From positions 57,102,001-57,166,000 of the forward strand of contig OZ024745.1 in NCBI GenBank assembly GCA_964016885.1: a stretch of 64,000 nt of DNA, written 5' to 3'. Source of the stretch: Eledone cirrhosa (taxonomy: Eukaryota). The position numbers and the translations under genes are program-made. Below the pieces are notes generated by a model that did no database searches, had not been told where the DNA came from, and saw only the letters and a program-made list of their open reading frames with translations. This document shows positions 1-14,406 of the stretch, piece after piece (the stretch's first letter is position 1; every line of letters starts with the position of its first letter).

Positions 1-17
1 ATATATATATATATATG

Positions 18-110
<93 letters not shown>

Positions 111-155
111 ATATATACAGTTAAAAATTCCAAACTTGACTGTCACCACACATTA

Positions 156-194
156 TGAACCTGAAGATTTCGAAAGCATGAAAGTACGTGTTCA
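156..194 (+). ncRNA. Candidate minimal type I hammerhead ribozyme, family D
   Basis: tgaac-CTGAAGA-tttcgaaagcat-GAAA-gtac-gt-gttca. Stem I is tgaac/gttca and the gtac loop is palindromic, but the cleavage site is non-canonical. Confidence 0.45.
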
Positions 195-332
195 ATTGAC
201 ACTTAACATTTAATATTCTATCATAGTATTTCATTATAATGTTAAAGGATTTTAAATAAAACGAGTAAATCAGACAAAGTTGGAGTTCCTCTTATTAATA
301 TAATCTTCTATACACAATCATACAGACCCGTG

Positions 333-417
<85 letters not shown>

Positions 418-454
418 ATATATATATGTGTATATGTATGTGTGTATGGATGTA

Positions 455-513
<59 letters not shown>

Positions 514-662
514 GTATACATATATATATATATATATATATATATTAGCCATTTCAATGGCTTGGAATTTAGTCCACGCTTTGCTTTTTTCCATGCACTG
601 AATTATTTTTGTATAAGTTCCCAGTGTCCACGTATTTCCTGAAAACTTAGCTGAGAATAGAC

Positions 663-740
663 CTCCCTGATGACGAAAGGCTTCTCCGTTGTTTCTTCGG
701 AAACTATGTTTATTCCCTTTCAGAAACTAATTAGTTGGAG
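663..740 (+). ncRNA. Type I hammerhead ribozyme, family C
   Basis: ctcc-CTGATGA-c-gaaagg...cctttc-a-GAAA-ctaattag-TT-ggag. Stem I ctcc/ggag, stem II gaaagg/cctttc, palindromic stem III, GUU cleavage site. Confidence 0.7.
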
Positions 741-1072
741 TGAAATTTTAGTAAGTAAGTTAATTTTATAATTTTCTTATTTTACGTCTCTCCTATATAT
801 ATATATATATGTATATATATATGTATATGTATATGTATGGGTATATGTAAATATAGGTGTATGTGTGTGTATGTGTATATGTATATGTGTATATATATAA
901 TATATGTATATATATATATATATATGTGCGTGTGTGTGTGTGTATATATATATATAAATATATATATATATGTATATATGTATATATATGTATATATATA
1001 TATGTATATGTATATGTATATATATGTATATATGTATATATATATGTGTATATATATGTATATAAGTATATA

Positions 1073-1181
<109 letters not shown>

Positions 1182-1198
1182 GTGTATATATATATGTG

Positions 1199-1238
<40 letters not shown>

Positions 1239-1246
1239 TGTGTATA

Positions 1247-1299
<53 letters not shown>

Positions 1300-1305
1300 G
1301 TATAT

Positions 1306-1347
<42 letters not shown>

Positions 1348-1390
1348 AATAATGAACAAACAATTCCTTATATTAAACAAAAAAAGTTCA

Positions 1391-1537
1391 CTATTTAACG
1401 ATCGTTTCTAGGGCATATATGTGCTATAATTGGTATGCATATTTAACAGATCTATGTACAAAATTATACAAAATTATACAAATTATCAAGATTAAATATA
1501 CATACCTAACTCATATATACGCCGTCTTCAGAAATAA
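1391..1537 (-). ncRNA. Type I hammerhead ribozyme with very long stem II, family J (inverted copy)
   Basis: Reverse complement of 4061-4207. Confidence 0.75.
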
Positions 1538-2311
1538 TGAAGTATATTTATTGATAATAACAACAATTCAAAATATCAGTTCAAAATTGACCAATGAAAA
1601 CACAAAGGGTTAAAAAGCAGTTTGGTGTGTGTATATACATGTAAAACCCTACACACATTTTACAATAATGTGTGTATAATATGTATGTGCATACTAAAAA
1701 GATGGATGCAAATAAAAAATTTCAAGGTTAATATCTCTGTAAGCTTAATGCGCTGATAAGATACGCAATGATACTTATGTAGTCAAGCATATAAATATAT
1801 TTTTTCTTCATACTCACACATATCAGTATAATCACACATACATGTGCGTATATATATAAATATACACATAACCACGAACACACAAACACACACACACCCC
1901 CCACTCACATTTATATATGTGGATATAAAATCATAAGCAAATAGAAATTAAGTCACTCACATAAACACACTGATACACACATTTCAAGATCAAGATACAG
2001 AAATTAGGTGGGAGGGGGGGGGGAGGGGTCAGTATTAGGTTGTCAGACCAGACAGCCTAATATAAATGTATCTATAAATTATGAAAAATAAAAAAATAAA
2101 AACAATAAAATATATTACATAATATAATGTACATACGCATACAGATATACATACACATACGTACATGTACGCGCACATAGAGATATCTACACATACATAG
2201 ATACACACATACCTATAGTGTCCTACACACACATACATTTACACAAACATACACATACACATATAAAAAGATAAAAATACGGACACACACACGCACAACA
2301 CATACACACAT

Positions 2312-2358
<47 letters not shown>

Positions 2359-2564
2359 TATACACACACACACATAGACTCATATATATATATACATACA
2401 CATACATATACTTATACATAAACATATATATCCCACACTCATACCACCATGAAAACACATACAAACATCCAGATATACATATATATATATATATATATAC
2501 ATATATATGTATATATATAAACATACACACACGTACACATATATGCATATATACATACACACAT

Positions 2565-2595
<31 letters not shown>

Positions 2596-2620
2596 CACAC
2601 ACACATAAAATACAGACATG

Positions 2621-2655
<35 letters not shown>

Positions 2656-2747
2656 TTCATTACCTTTATATATACACATAGTATATATACATACACAACC
2701 TCACTTATACACATATACACATAAGTTATATTACAATAATAATAAAG

Positions 2748-2784
<37 letters not shown>

Positions 2785-2927
2785 TATACACACATATACA
2801 CATATACATACATACACATACATATACATACATACATACATATACATACATACACCTAAATATAAACATATATAAATACACACATACGAATAAAGACATA
2901 TATTCACACATAGACACCTATATACAC

Positions 2928-2958
<31 letters not shown>

Positions 2959-3063
2959 CATATATATCTATATACACACACATACACATACATACACATA
3001 TATATATATATATATACACATATATACACACGCACACACATACAGACACACATACACACTCAC

Positions 3064-3095
<32 letters not shown>

Positions 3096-4060
3096 ATGTG
3101 AGTGTGCGCAAATACATACATATATATACACACACACACATATAAACACACACAAACACATACATATGCATACATGCACACACACACACATATATCACAT
3201 AGATACGAGGATAAACATATAAATAGAGAGACATACAAATATATACAGAACCCATATACACATACATGCAAACACGCATATACATATATACATATATACA
3301 CACATATATATTCCTATATACAAGCATACACATACGCACACATATATACATATACCTACACATATATATACACCACACATTCACATACACGTACATATAT
3401 AATACATATATATACATACATATACATACATATGTATGTACAATCATATATACACACTCAATCTTACATTCATATTTACATGCTCATATATGTATTTTTA
3501 TATCTAGAAATAAATACCAAAAAAAACTATATAGACACCCATCTACCCATATATTCATACATATACACTTACAAAAACAGATGATAATAGTATGGGGGAA
3601 AGGGGGGGGTTTGGAGAAGGGGATCAAAGTAAATATATGTTTCAAGAAACCTATAATATTTTCCATATCTTAATTCAATGTATGTTCTTACATATTTTCA
3701 ATGCTAGGAAATACGAAATCTATGCATCACAAAATAAAAAAGTATACCATTAATCATATGTCAACTAAACCAAAGATAGTCAACATATTGATTTCCAAGG
3801 TGTAAATTAGTTAGGTTTATAATATTTGAAGCAGAATTATGAAGTCAAACAGTAGTAAATTATTAATTACATTATAACTAAATTAAAGTTAATAATCTTT
3901 TTAGTATGCACATACATATTATACACACATTATTGTAAAATGTGTGTAGGGTTTTACATGTATATACACACACCAAACTGCTTTTTAACCCTTTGTGTTT
4001 TCATTGGTCAATTTTGAACTGATATTTTGAATTGTTGTTATTATCAATAAATATACTTCA

Positions 4061-4207
4061 TTATTTCTGAAGACGGCGTATATATGAGTTAGGTATGTAT
4101 ATTTAATCTTGATAATTTGTATAATTTTGTATAATTTTGTACATAGATCTGTTAAATATGCATACCAATTATAGCACATATATGCCCTAGAAACGATCGT
4201 TAAATAG
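4061..4207 (+). ncRNA. Type I hammerhead ribozyme with ~115-nt stem II, family J
   Basis: ttattt-CTGAAGA-c-ggcgtatatatg...ggtatgtatatttaa...ttaaatatgcatacc...catatatgcc-cta-GAAA-cgatcg-TT-aaatag. Stem I tattt/aaata, palindromic cgatcg stem III. Confidence 0.75.
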
Positions 4208-4453
4208 TGAACTTTTTTTGTTTAATATAAGGAATTGTTTGTTCATTATTTATTTTATCTTGACTCTGTATACCGTTTATCTTTCACCGAAATTGGATTT
4301 TCATTACATCTCTTCTTTCCATGATATCCGGAATACATTGAGTTCTTCATACGGATTGGACACTACCGTAAACTCTTGGTAGATTTATCTACATATATAT
4401 ATATATATATATTTGTGTACTTGTATATATATGTATATATGTATATATGTGTG

Positions 4454-4484
<31 letters not shown>

Positions 4485-4501
4485 GTATATATATATATGT
4501 A

Positions 4502-4549
<48 letters not shown>

Positions 4550-5029
4550 GATATATATATAGATATATGTGTGTGTGTGTGTGTGAGAATGTGTCTGTCG
4601 ACACCTGGAATATAGCTTATAGAAATTTGACGATAATGATATTATAAGCACCCAATATTTTGAATTCGTTTATAGAATTCTCTTGGTCTTTGTCACTCTA
4701 AGTAGAACTTTAAAGAATTAGCTTTTAAAGAATTTCCCTTTTCTTTAAATCCATCAACCATGACCGACCCCCAACGATCTCATAGGCACCTGATATATAG
4801 GCATTGTTAGCTTAAGAGAAACTTAAAAATAAGGAGTGGAACCCCTTTGTGAAGTTGTTTATAGAATTCTCTCTGCCTTTGTCACTCTAAATATAAATTA
4901 TAGCCTTAAAGAATTAGCTTTTAATGAATTCCCTTTTCTTTCAACCAATGACCACCACCCATCCCACTCCCCACCCTCTCCTACCACCTGGGAAGATATA
5001 CATACCACAACATTTATTTCTGGAAAGCC

Positions 5030-5080
5030 AGATTCCTGATGATTTCTAAAGAATGAAACAGTTCTAGACCTGTAGAATCT
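5030..5080 (+). ncRNA. Type I hammerhead ribozyme, family A
   Basis: agattc-CTGATGA-tttctaaagaat-GAAA-cag-ttctagac-ctg-TA-gaatct. All three stems and the core are present; GUA site at 5072-5074. Confidence 0.85.
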
Positions 5081-5143
5081 CATCTATATTAAAACTATAT
5101 ATGTATATATATGTATATGTATATATATACATATATTTATATG

Positions 5144-5178
<35 letters not shown>

Positions 5179-5307
5179 GTATATATATGTATACATATAT
5201 ATATGTATATGTATATATATGTATATGTATATATGTATACATATATATAGATGTATACATATATGTATATATATATATATGTATATTTATATATATATAT
5301 ATACATA

Positions 5308-5415
<108 letters not shown>

Positions 5416-5507
5416 TTAAATATCTTATGTTGTTTATTACATACCTAAAAAGCTCTGCAGCCTCCAGAGATCACTCTTTTCCTTTAACTTTCCTACGGAA
5501 ATACTTC

Positions 5508-5571
<64 letters not shown>

Positions 5572-5746
5572 GCTACTGTACGTCTGTATACATATATGTA
5601 TGTACGTATGCATACATACTTACATATATATATATATTTATGTATATATATATGTATATAGTACGTTATTCCGGGTTGAATCGGAGGTAACCACAGTAAG
5701 TAGGGTACTCAATACATAGCAGAGTTTAAACTTTTTAATATATATG

Positions 5747-5797
5747 AGATTCTACAGGACTAGCACTGTTTCATTCTATAGAAATCATCAGGAATCT
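5747..5797 (-). ncRNA. Type I hammerhead ribozyme, family A
   Basis: Minus strand reads agattc-CTGATGA-tttctatagaat-GAAA-cag-tgctagtc-ctg-TA-gaatct. Differences from the 5030 copy fall only in loops. Confidence 0.85.
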
Positions 5798-6179
5798 GGC
5801 TTTCCAAAAGTAAATGGTGTAGTATTTATATCTTTTCAGGTGGTAGGAGAGGGTGAGGCGTGGGATGGATGGAGGTCATGGGTTGAAAGAAAAAAGAATT
5901 CATTAAAACCTAATTCTTTAAGGCTATAATTCATATTTAGAGTGACAATGGCACAAAGAATTCTATAAACAACTTCACAAAGGGGTGCCACTCCTTATTT
6001 TTAAGTTTCTCTTAAGTTAACAATGCCTATATTTCAGGTGTCTATGAGATCGTTGGGGGTCGTTCATGGTTGATGGATTTAAAGAAAAGGGAAATTGTTT
6101 AAAAGCTAATTCTTTAAAGTTCTGCTTAGAGTGATAAAAGCCAAAACTAGAGTTTAAGTGGAGGGTCTGTGGTTTTTCT

Positions 6180-6270
<91 letters not shown>

Positions 6271-6545
6271 ATGTAAGTGTGTATGTATATATATACATAT
6301 GTATATATGTATATATATATATATATATAGTAATCATAATAAAATTGAAGACTAAAATCCAAAGAGGGCTCGATAAGGAAAATATATATCAAATATATAA
6401 GAACCGTAGAGCAAATATTTATTAAAATAACAGATTAAAGTTTAAGCAAGAATCGCTGCTTTCACCCTTATATATATATATATGTGTGTATATATATATA
6501 TGTGTGTGTGTGTATATATATATATATGTAATAGGAACCAGTAAG

Positions 6546-6639
6546 ACCCCGACAGCTGAGCTCAAGCCGTTTCGACGGCTAATTCTGGACTAAATGAAAA
6601 TTTATCCTGGTATTTAAATAACCGATCTTCTCAAGGGGT
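6546..6639 (-). ncRNA. Type I hammerhead ribozyme, U3:A8 core variant, family B
   Basis: Minus strand reads acccc-TTGAGAA-gatcggtta...tagccgtc-GAAA-cggct-tgagctc-agctg-TC-ggggt. Stem I acccc/ggggt, GUC site. Confidence 0.65.
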
Positions 6640-6797
6640 AATTCCATATATGGTCAAAGCCATTGTCAACAATCAGTAGTAACTCTGTGGTTGCAAATTA
6701 GTAGGGGAGATGGTGGCTAAACCTGCCAGTAGGAGAAAGAGGGGTGGGGGGTGGGGGTGGAGTAGACCCAATCAAGCGTATGTATTTATATATATAT

Positions 6798-6829
<32 letters not shown>

Positions 6830-6966
6830 GTATGCATATATATGTATATATCTATATATATATATATATGTATATACATATATATATATGTGTATATATA
6901 TATATATGTATATATATATAATAAAAAATTGAACAGGGACAGAACAGAGAGGCAGTACGACAAATG

Positions 6967-7037
<71 letters not shown>

Positions 7038-7082
7038 ATATATACAGTTAAACATTCCAAACTTGACTGTCACCACACATTA

Positions 7083-7121
7083 TGAACCTGAAGATTGCGA
7101 AAGCATGAAAGTACGTGTTCA
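7083..7121 (+). ncRNA. Candidate minimal hammerhead ribozyme, family D
   Basis: tgaac-CTGAAGA-t-tgc-gaaa-gca-t-GAAA-gtac-gt-gttca. Stems I and II are present; the UH site is non-canonical. Confidence 0.5.
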
Positions 7122-7271
7122 ATTAACACTTAACATTTAATATTCTATCATAGTATTTCATTATAATGTTAAAGGATTTTAAATAAAACGAGTAAATCAG
7201 ACAAAGTTGGAGTTCCTCTTATTAATATAATCTTCTATACACAATCATACAGACCCGTGTATATTTATCTA

Positions 7272-7320
<49 letters not shown>

Positions 7321-7355
7321 ATATATATGTGTATATGTATGTGTGTATGGATGTA

Positions 7356-7420
<65 letters not shown>

Positions 7421-7563
7421 GTATACATATATATATATATATATATTAGCCATTTCAATGGCTTGGAATTTAGTCCACGCTTTGCTTTTTTCCATGCACT
7501 GAATTATTTTTGTATAAGTTCCCAGTGTCCACGTATTGCCTGGAAACTTAGCTGAGAATAGAC

Positions 7564-7640
7564 CTCCCGATGACGAAAGGCTTCTCCGTTGTTTCTTCGG
7601 AAACTATGTTTATTCCCTTTCAGAAACTAATTAGTTGGAG
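7564..7640 (+). ncRNA. Degenerate family C hammerhead
   Basis: Copy of 663-740 with the core altered to CCGATGA. Confidence 0.5.
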
Positions 7641-7974
7641 TGAAATTTTAGTAAGTAAGTTAATTTTATAATTTTCTTATTTTACGTCTCTCCTATATAT
7701 ATATATATATGTATATATATGTATATGTATATGTATGGGTATATGTAAATATAGGTGTATGTGTGTGTATGTGTATATGTATATGTGTATATATATAATA
7801 TATGTATATATATATATATATATATATGTGCGTGTGTGTGTGTGTATATATATATATAAATATATATATATATGTATATATGTATATATATGTATATATA
7901 TATATGTATATGTATATGTATATATATGTATATATGTATATATATATGTGTATATATATGTATATAAGTATATA

Positions 7975-8019
<45 letters not shown>

Positions 8020-8043
8020 GTATATATATATATGTGTATATAT

Positions 8044-8088
<45 letters not shown>

Positions 8089-8100
8089 TATGTGTATATA

Positions 8101-8147
<47 letters not shown>

Positions 8148-8155
8148 GTGTATAT

Positions 8156-8225
<70 letters not shown>

Positions 8226-8262
8226 GTACTTGTATATATATGTATATATGTATATATGTGTG

Positions 8263-8293
<31 letters not shown>

Positions 8294-8310
8294 GTATATA
8301 TATATATGTA

Positions 8311-8344
<34 letters not shown>

Positions 8345-8832
8345 TATATATATATAGATATATATATAGATATATGTGTGTGTGTGTGAGAATGTGTCTG
8401 TCGACACCTTGAATATAACTTATAGAAATTTGACGATAATGATATTATAAGCACCCAATATTTTGAATTCGTTTATAGAATTCTCTTGGTCTTTGTCACT
8501 CTAAGTAGAACTTTAAAGAATTAGCTTTTAAAGAATTTCCCTTTTCTTTAAATCCATCAACCATGACCGACCCCCAACGATCTCATAGGCACCTGAAATA
8601 TAGGCATTGTTAGCTTAAGAGAAACTTAAAAATAAGGAGTGGAACCCCTTTGTGAAGTTGTTTATAGAATTCTCTCTGCCTTTGTCACTCTAAATATAAA
8701 TTATAGCCTTAAAGAATTAGCTTTTAATGAATTCCCTTTTCTTTCAACCAATGACCACCACCCATCCCACTCCCCACCCTCTCCTACCACCTGAGAAGAT
8801 ATAAATACCACAACATTTATTTCTGGAAAGCC

Positions 8833-8883
8833 AGATTCCTGATGATTTCTAAAGAATGAAACAGTTCTAGACCTGTAGAATCT
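8833..8883 (+). ncRNA. Type I hammerhead ribozyme, family A
   Basis: Same sequence as 5030-5080. Confidence 0.85.
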
Positions 8884-8946
8884 CATCTATATTAAAACTA
8901 TATATGTATATATATGTATATGTATATATATACATATATTTATATG

Positions 8947-8979
<33 letters not shown>

Positions 8980-9166
8980 GTATATATATGTATACATATA
9001 TATATGTATATGTATATATATGTATATGTATATATGTATACATATATATAGATGTATATATATATATGTATATATATATGTATATATATATATGTATATA
9101 TATATGTATATTTATATATATATATATACATATATATGTATATATATATATATATATATATACATA

Positions 9167-9234
<68 letters not shown>

Positions 9235-11103
9235 TTAAATATCTTATGTTGTTTATTACATACCTAAAAAGCTCTGCAGCCTCCAGAGATCACTCTTTTC
9301 CTTTAACTTTCCTACGGAAATACTTCATTTATATATATATATATATATATACACAGGTGTGTGTTACTATCTGCGTGAGCGTATGTGCGTGGTTGTATGT
9401 GTTTGTGGGGGTAGTTCTATATGAGTTGGTATTAGACACTCAATCTTCTTTAACTAGCAATCCGTTATACATTTCCAATTATTCAAGCGAATGACAAAGT
9501 GAAGCAGCGTGAAATTGTTTATGGAAAACGAAAAAATACTTGTAATCGCTTTCAAATATTATTGTTTACGAAGAGGTGATTTTTGCTATTAAACATTTAG
9601 AGAATGTATAACCATACACGATATATAATTTTTCGTAACGCATTAATTGAGCCACAATTGCAAATACATTCGCAGCTTTCATAGTTAATATAATCAGATG
9701 AAAACGAAAGGTTATTTGTCTCTTTTATTATTGCAATAGGCCAAGTATATCTCCTCTCAACTATCTGTGTATTTCTATTTAATTAAAGTATCACGGCACG
9801 GGTCCAATATGTTCATTGAAAATCTCACATGATATTTATACACCAGAAGGACGCCGTCTCATGGTCATATTAAAAATATCTGGAATTTAAAAACTTAGTA
9901 ATCATATAAAAGACGCCCATATAAAATACAAGTACACTTCAATCAATCGAGAAGATAATTGGATGCTTACATGTAGAAGATTGTAGTTTTCATCTTTAAG
10001 TCATGATTGATTTACCCTTCAGAGAAATAACTTACTTAATGTGTGTTTAAGAGATTTATTGTTTATTCTTAAAGGGTTAGGAATAATGTATAATATTTTT
10101 CTTCAATTAAACTTCAAAATGTTTCTGTATTGCTGTGTACTATTTAGAATTATTCTATCAAACATTAACAACATTGGAGTCGCTGCTGTTGAAATTTTTA
10201 GACTAATGCATTTGAACGTATCAATTAGTTATTTCCATATGTATTTTGTTAGCGGCAAAATGTATTACGGGCTGTGATTTATCCGTCAAAACTACTGGGT
10301 CAGATTTTCGCACGAATGAGTCTATGATAAATAGTAATTTTCAATTACATATGTCTGTTCGGTTAAAGACCCTTATGTGTATGCTTATGATATTTTTCTC
10401 TTGCATGTTAACGTCGAATGAGATATCAAAGGATAGAAATGACGTCAAGGCCTAAGATGCAGATTATGATAAAACAGATGCCGGAGATATAATGCATTGT
10501 TGTAAGTAGGTATGTTTTCATATTGCATATGTCTATTCAATTATTGCATTCATTCATTTTTTTCTTTGTCTTTCTGTCTTCATATATCCATTTATATAAT
10601 ATATAATAATATATGTAGGGTTCTTTATGTAAGCGTGTGAGTTTTATATTGGGTCGTGATTAAGCTGTTCGATTAAGAGTATCGTTGCGTAACTAGATAA
10701 TGTAGAGTTAAAAACGTATTAGTTACATCTTGAGCAGTAGTTAATTGAAATAGCCATATTTCATACAAAACATTATAAGTGAGTTTTGGTAGACTTAAAG
10801 TGTAGAAGATTCAGCAAGATGTAAAATAAACAGTCTTGGGTGAATTATGTAATAGAGTGCATGAATTAACAACGTCCTAGAGTATATTTAGCGTGCTGCA
10901 CTCTGGTGCAGTCATGGATGTGTGCAATGGGTTCTACACTTCCTCACCACTGTCTCTCGGATTCACAAGTACACAAACGTCGGACACTATATTTTCATAA
11001 TGCAAACGCTCTACGCTTCTCAAGTTTCGAGTATTTAGCTGAACATGTACTTATTTGTCTAAACTGGTCAAAACTGGTCAAAACTCACAATCTATCTATC
11101 AAT

Positions 11104-11855
11104 CTCGAGTGCCTTCTGGCGCTCACAGTCATCTACCAAGCGGAAACGGCCATCAGCGGAGACTCTACTTCGAAATTCTATAGGGGATTAGTGGAGGATC
11201 AGTGCGACGACATTCTCGGGGAAATTCTAGGCATCGAGGAAGACGAACTGACCAGTCTATTGGGGAGGACTTTCCGTCCAGGGCCTATGGATAACTCCCA
11301 GAGGTCTCTAGCCTGGCAGTGCTACCGAGGAGCTCTACCAGTTCGAGACAAAATCTACAGACACGGATGCCCTGGCAGAGATCCTGACCAAAGGACCAGT
11401 CCAAGATGCGAGCAGATATCGAAACCATTCTGCACGTACTTGTTAAGTGCCCAGGGGTGTCCGACCTGTTGAATTATGTCGAACAGCTACAGTCACGTGT
11501 GGCACACATCCAGTTGTCAGCCAAGTCGATCATGATGATCACCCCGCCGCCCTCGTTTAAGAATGAAGGAGAGGCGGTTTTCCTCTGTCTGGTGGCTATG
11601 GCGAAAGAGGTAATATGGTGAACGAGGTTAACCGAACTGAGGGCAAACAGCTTTATCTCCGAACAACTCATCCCCTTCTTTAACTACCACTTCCTTCAGA
11701 AGGAATGTGACAGTCGAGAGAGAAGTGATACACCCCAGTAAATTCGCTGAAATGTGGGTGAATGTAGTGAAAATTGCCCGAGTGACTCGGCCTTCTCTGT
11801 ATATAAACACGTCTTGTAATTTCTCATTTTTGTACGCCCCTGTAGCAAATAAAGA
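11104..11855 (+). mobile_element. 5'-truncated Tx1/L1-clade LINE, 3' end
   Basis: Frameshifted translation AWQCYRGALPVRDKIYRHG...PRC...ETILHVLVKCP is the L1/Tx1 C-terminal zinc-knuckle region. AATAAA at 11848; candidate TSD aatctatctat at 11089-11099 and 11856-11866; homologous to 56855-57000. Confidence 0.8.
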
Positions 11856-11921
11856 AATCTATCTATATATCTATCTATCTATCTATCTATCTATCTACCT
11901 ACACACACGCACATACACATA

Positions 11922-11953
<32 letters not shown>

Positions 11954-14370
11954 GGTGTGTGTGTGTGTGTGGTTGTGTGTGTTTGTGGGTGTGTGTGTAT
12001 TGTACATGGTTGGTGTAAGTAACCAACCGTTTAGAGGACGCAGTCCGTGACACGAGTTATGTATAATGAGTTGACTAAACTAAACTAAACTAAGCTAAAT
12101 ATGCAAATACTAAATACTTTACTCTCAAGATCACCACTCCATATCTAGCAAGAGGAAATCTAGGTCGTCATATGGTTCACGCTACCACTTGGGTTCTACT
12201 TTAAATTCAAGTGGATAACAAATTCCACACAATTTTAGATTCACACTTCCGTGCAGGCCAAAAATACCGGCAGGATTTTAGCCTCCACATAATGAAAATA
12301 GGTTACTCATAAACTAAAGTCATAAAATCCCGTATCACTAATACTTTTGCAGAAGATTCGAAGCATTATCCCTCGAACGACACTGCAACACTCCAGCGGT
12401 GATATATGTATCAGAATTGACCTCCACCAACCAAAACTAAATACCAGAAGCTTGGACGTATGTAGGTATCTCAGACACCCTTTTCAAAAACCCTTCTGTG
12501 AACTATGAAACGACATGCGGCATCCTGCCAAGAAATATATACCACTATGCTCGCAAACCAGGAGTATAACCTTAAAGAAAACGCCACATAAAATGGAGAA
12601 TACTGGAAAAATTCAAATCATATTTTAAAAGAGTGAAAACATATTATTTATGTTGCGCAGAAAAGTGGCACATATTTTCACAACTGTGTGTGTGTGTGGG
12701 GGGGGGGGGGGGGGGTTAGATAAATAATTGAAAATTAAATTATTGTGATCACTATCGTCCAGATAAATTTAAGTTCATTAAGCTATCACTTTCGTAAATT
12801 AAAAGAAAAACAAACTGATATCGACTTGCTCACACATGTCCCAATTCTGACTTGGCAGTTATTCTCTTGACAAGTTGCAGTAATTTTCGTTTTTGAATCC
12901 TTTAATTCCAAGTATGTTATATATTTATATATTATATGATCGAATATAGTTCGAAATTTAATTCATACATAACAATGGAGTGAAATGCATCACTACCAGG
13001 GTAAAAACAAAACAAGATCAATAAATTTTGGTAAATATCAATCAGGAATCTAATGCTAAAATATGCCCCATTTAGTGATTTGAAATAAACTTATGTTAAT
13101 CAATAGATCTAATTGTATAACTAAATCAGGACTTTTCTGTGCATTGTTTGAATCTGTTTCGGTTAGACAGACACAACCGAAAATCTCTGTCGGGAATGGA
13201 AGATTGCGCTCATCGGAAGGTAATGTAGATGTATTGTAACATTATCTTCAAATGTCATAATCAACCTTTAATTGTACTTAGTGTTTGTGATAGTTTCATT
13301 TTGAAAATGAGGCATACGCTTCGAAACATGCAAAATATTAGAATTCATGTCAGTCATGCAAATAGTGTTATAATAGAAGGACATATAAAAACATGGACAG
13401 AATATTATATAAATAAATCCAAATTAACTCTGCAAGTTCTCATTCAATTTCAATAGAAGATTGATTGCACTTTAATAAAGTGATAAATAGCAAAGTCACA
13501 CTACCGACAAAAATAGGAATAGGTATTCTGTATTATCATGAAATCGAATCATATTAATATTTCATGAGCTCCAGATGTATCTACGGTCGATGCAGCACAT
13601 TCAAAAACTGTATCGATTAAATCGATTATATGTTTTAGCAAATGTTTGGCCTTGTGCTAAATTTAAAAAGAAAATTCGATGACATAAATATCTATATTTT
13701 CATATTTAGTGTTTATTCAGCACGCGTGCTAAGTTGTAAAACATTAATAGGCATGTATGTTTGGTGTCATTTACGTTCAAATCAACTGTGATGAAGCAGA
13801 TCTACGATCGAACCCTTACAAATAATCATCTTCTAGTTTTCGTTTCAATAATAGTGAAATACTATACACATTCGATGAGTTATTTTGTAAATTATAAATT
13901 GTTGTTAGATTAAAAATCAATTACTATTTACAGACAGTTTAACGGCACTTAGACATTCATTAGTTTACTCATGGATATCGCATATAGATTTCTACTGACT
14001 AAATAATTTGTACAATATGCCAGTGACCAAATACCCAACACACGCGTTTCTTTAGTAAAGGTAATTTTCTAAAGAAATTTCATATCTTTTCGCGAAACGC
14101 GTGCTCCAAAGCGATATGTACACGTATATATATATATCAATTATTGTTTGCTTTCTTTCTTCCTTTATTACAGGTATTTATATGTAGCATTGCTTCTTAA
14201 GGTAGTGAATCTATTGGGCCATGCTTAAGTCAGAAATCTTACGTTGCAAATTTTATAGTATCATAAAAATTCCGTTTTTTTCTGGCGAATATCGTCTATC
14301 ATATTAGATGTAGCACTAACATGGCATACAAATATTATAAACATATCCTATATTCTTTCATACATGCTCT

Positions 14371-14406
<36 letters not shown>

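Larger units (their letters stand above)
1342..4392. mobile_element. Penelope-like non-coding element with ~360 bp inverted repeats (family J), inserted in (TA)n
   Basis: 1342-1700 is the near-perfect reverse complement of 3898-4258. Each arm carries a hammerhead. There is an extra 3' tail at 4259-4392, both ends abut (TA)n, and the element is absent from the duplicate locus near 8160-8220. Confidence 0.7.
7030..9330 (+). repeat. Local duplication, copy 2 (empty site for the family J element)
   Basis: Same block order as 100-5510, but only (TA)n lies between tatatgttta (8160) and tttgtgtacttg (8221). Confidence 0.9.

Noticed and set aside
10246-10507. Signal-peptide-like ORF followed by a GTAAGT donor-like site
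   Set aside because: There is an in-frame stop before the donor, no recognisable homology and no supporting neighbouring exons
10906-11472. 188-aa ORF as a host gene
   Set aside because: It is a chance fusion of flanking DNA with a truncated Tx1 LINE fragment starting near 11104
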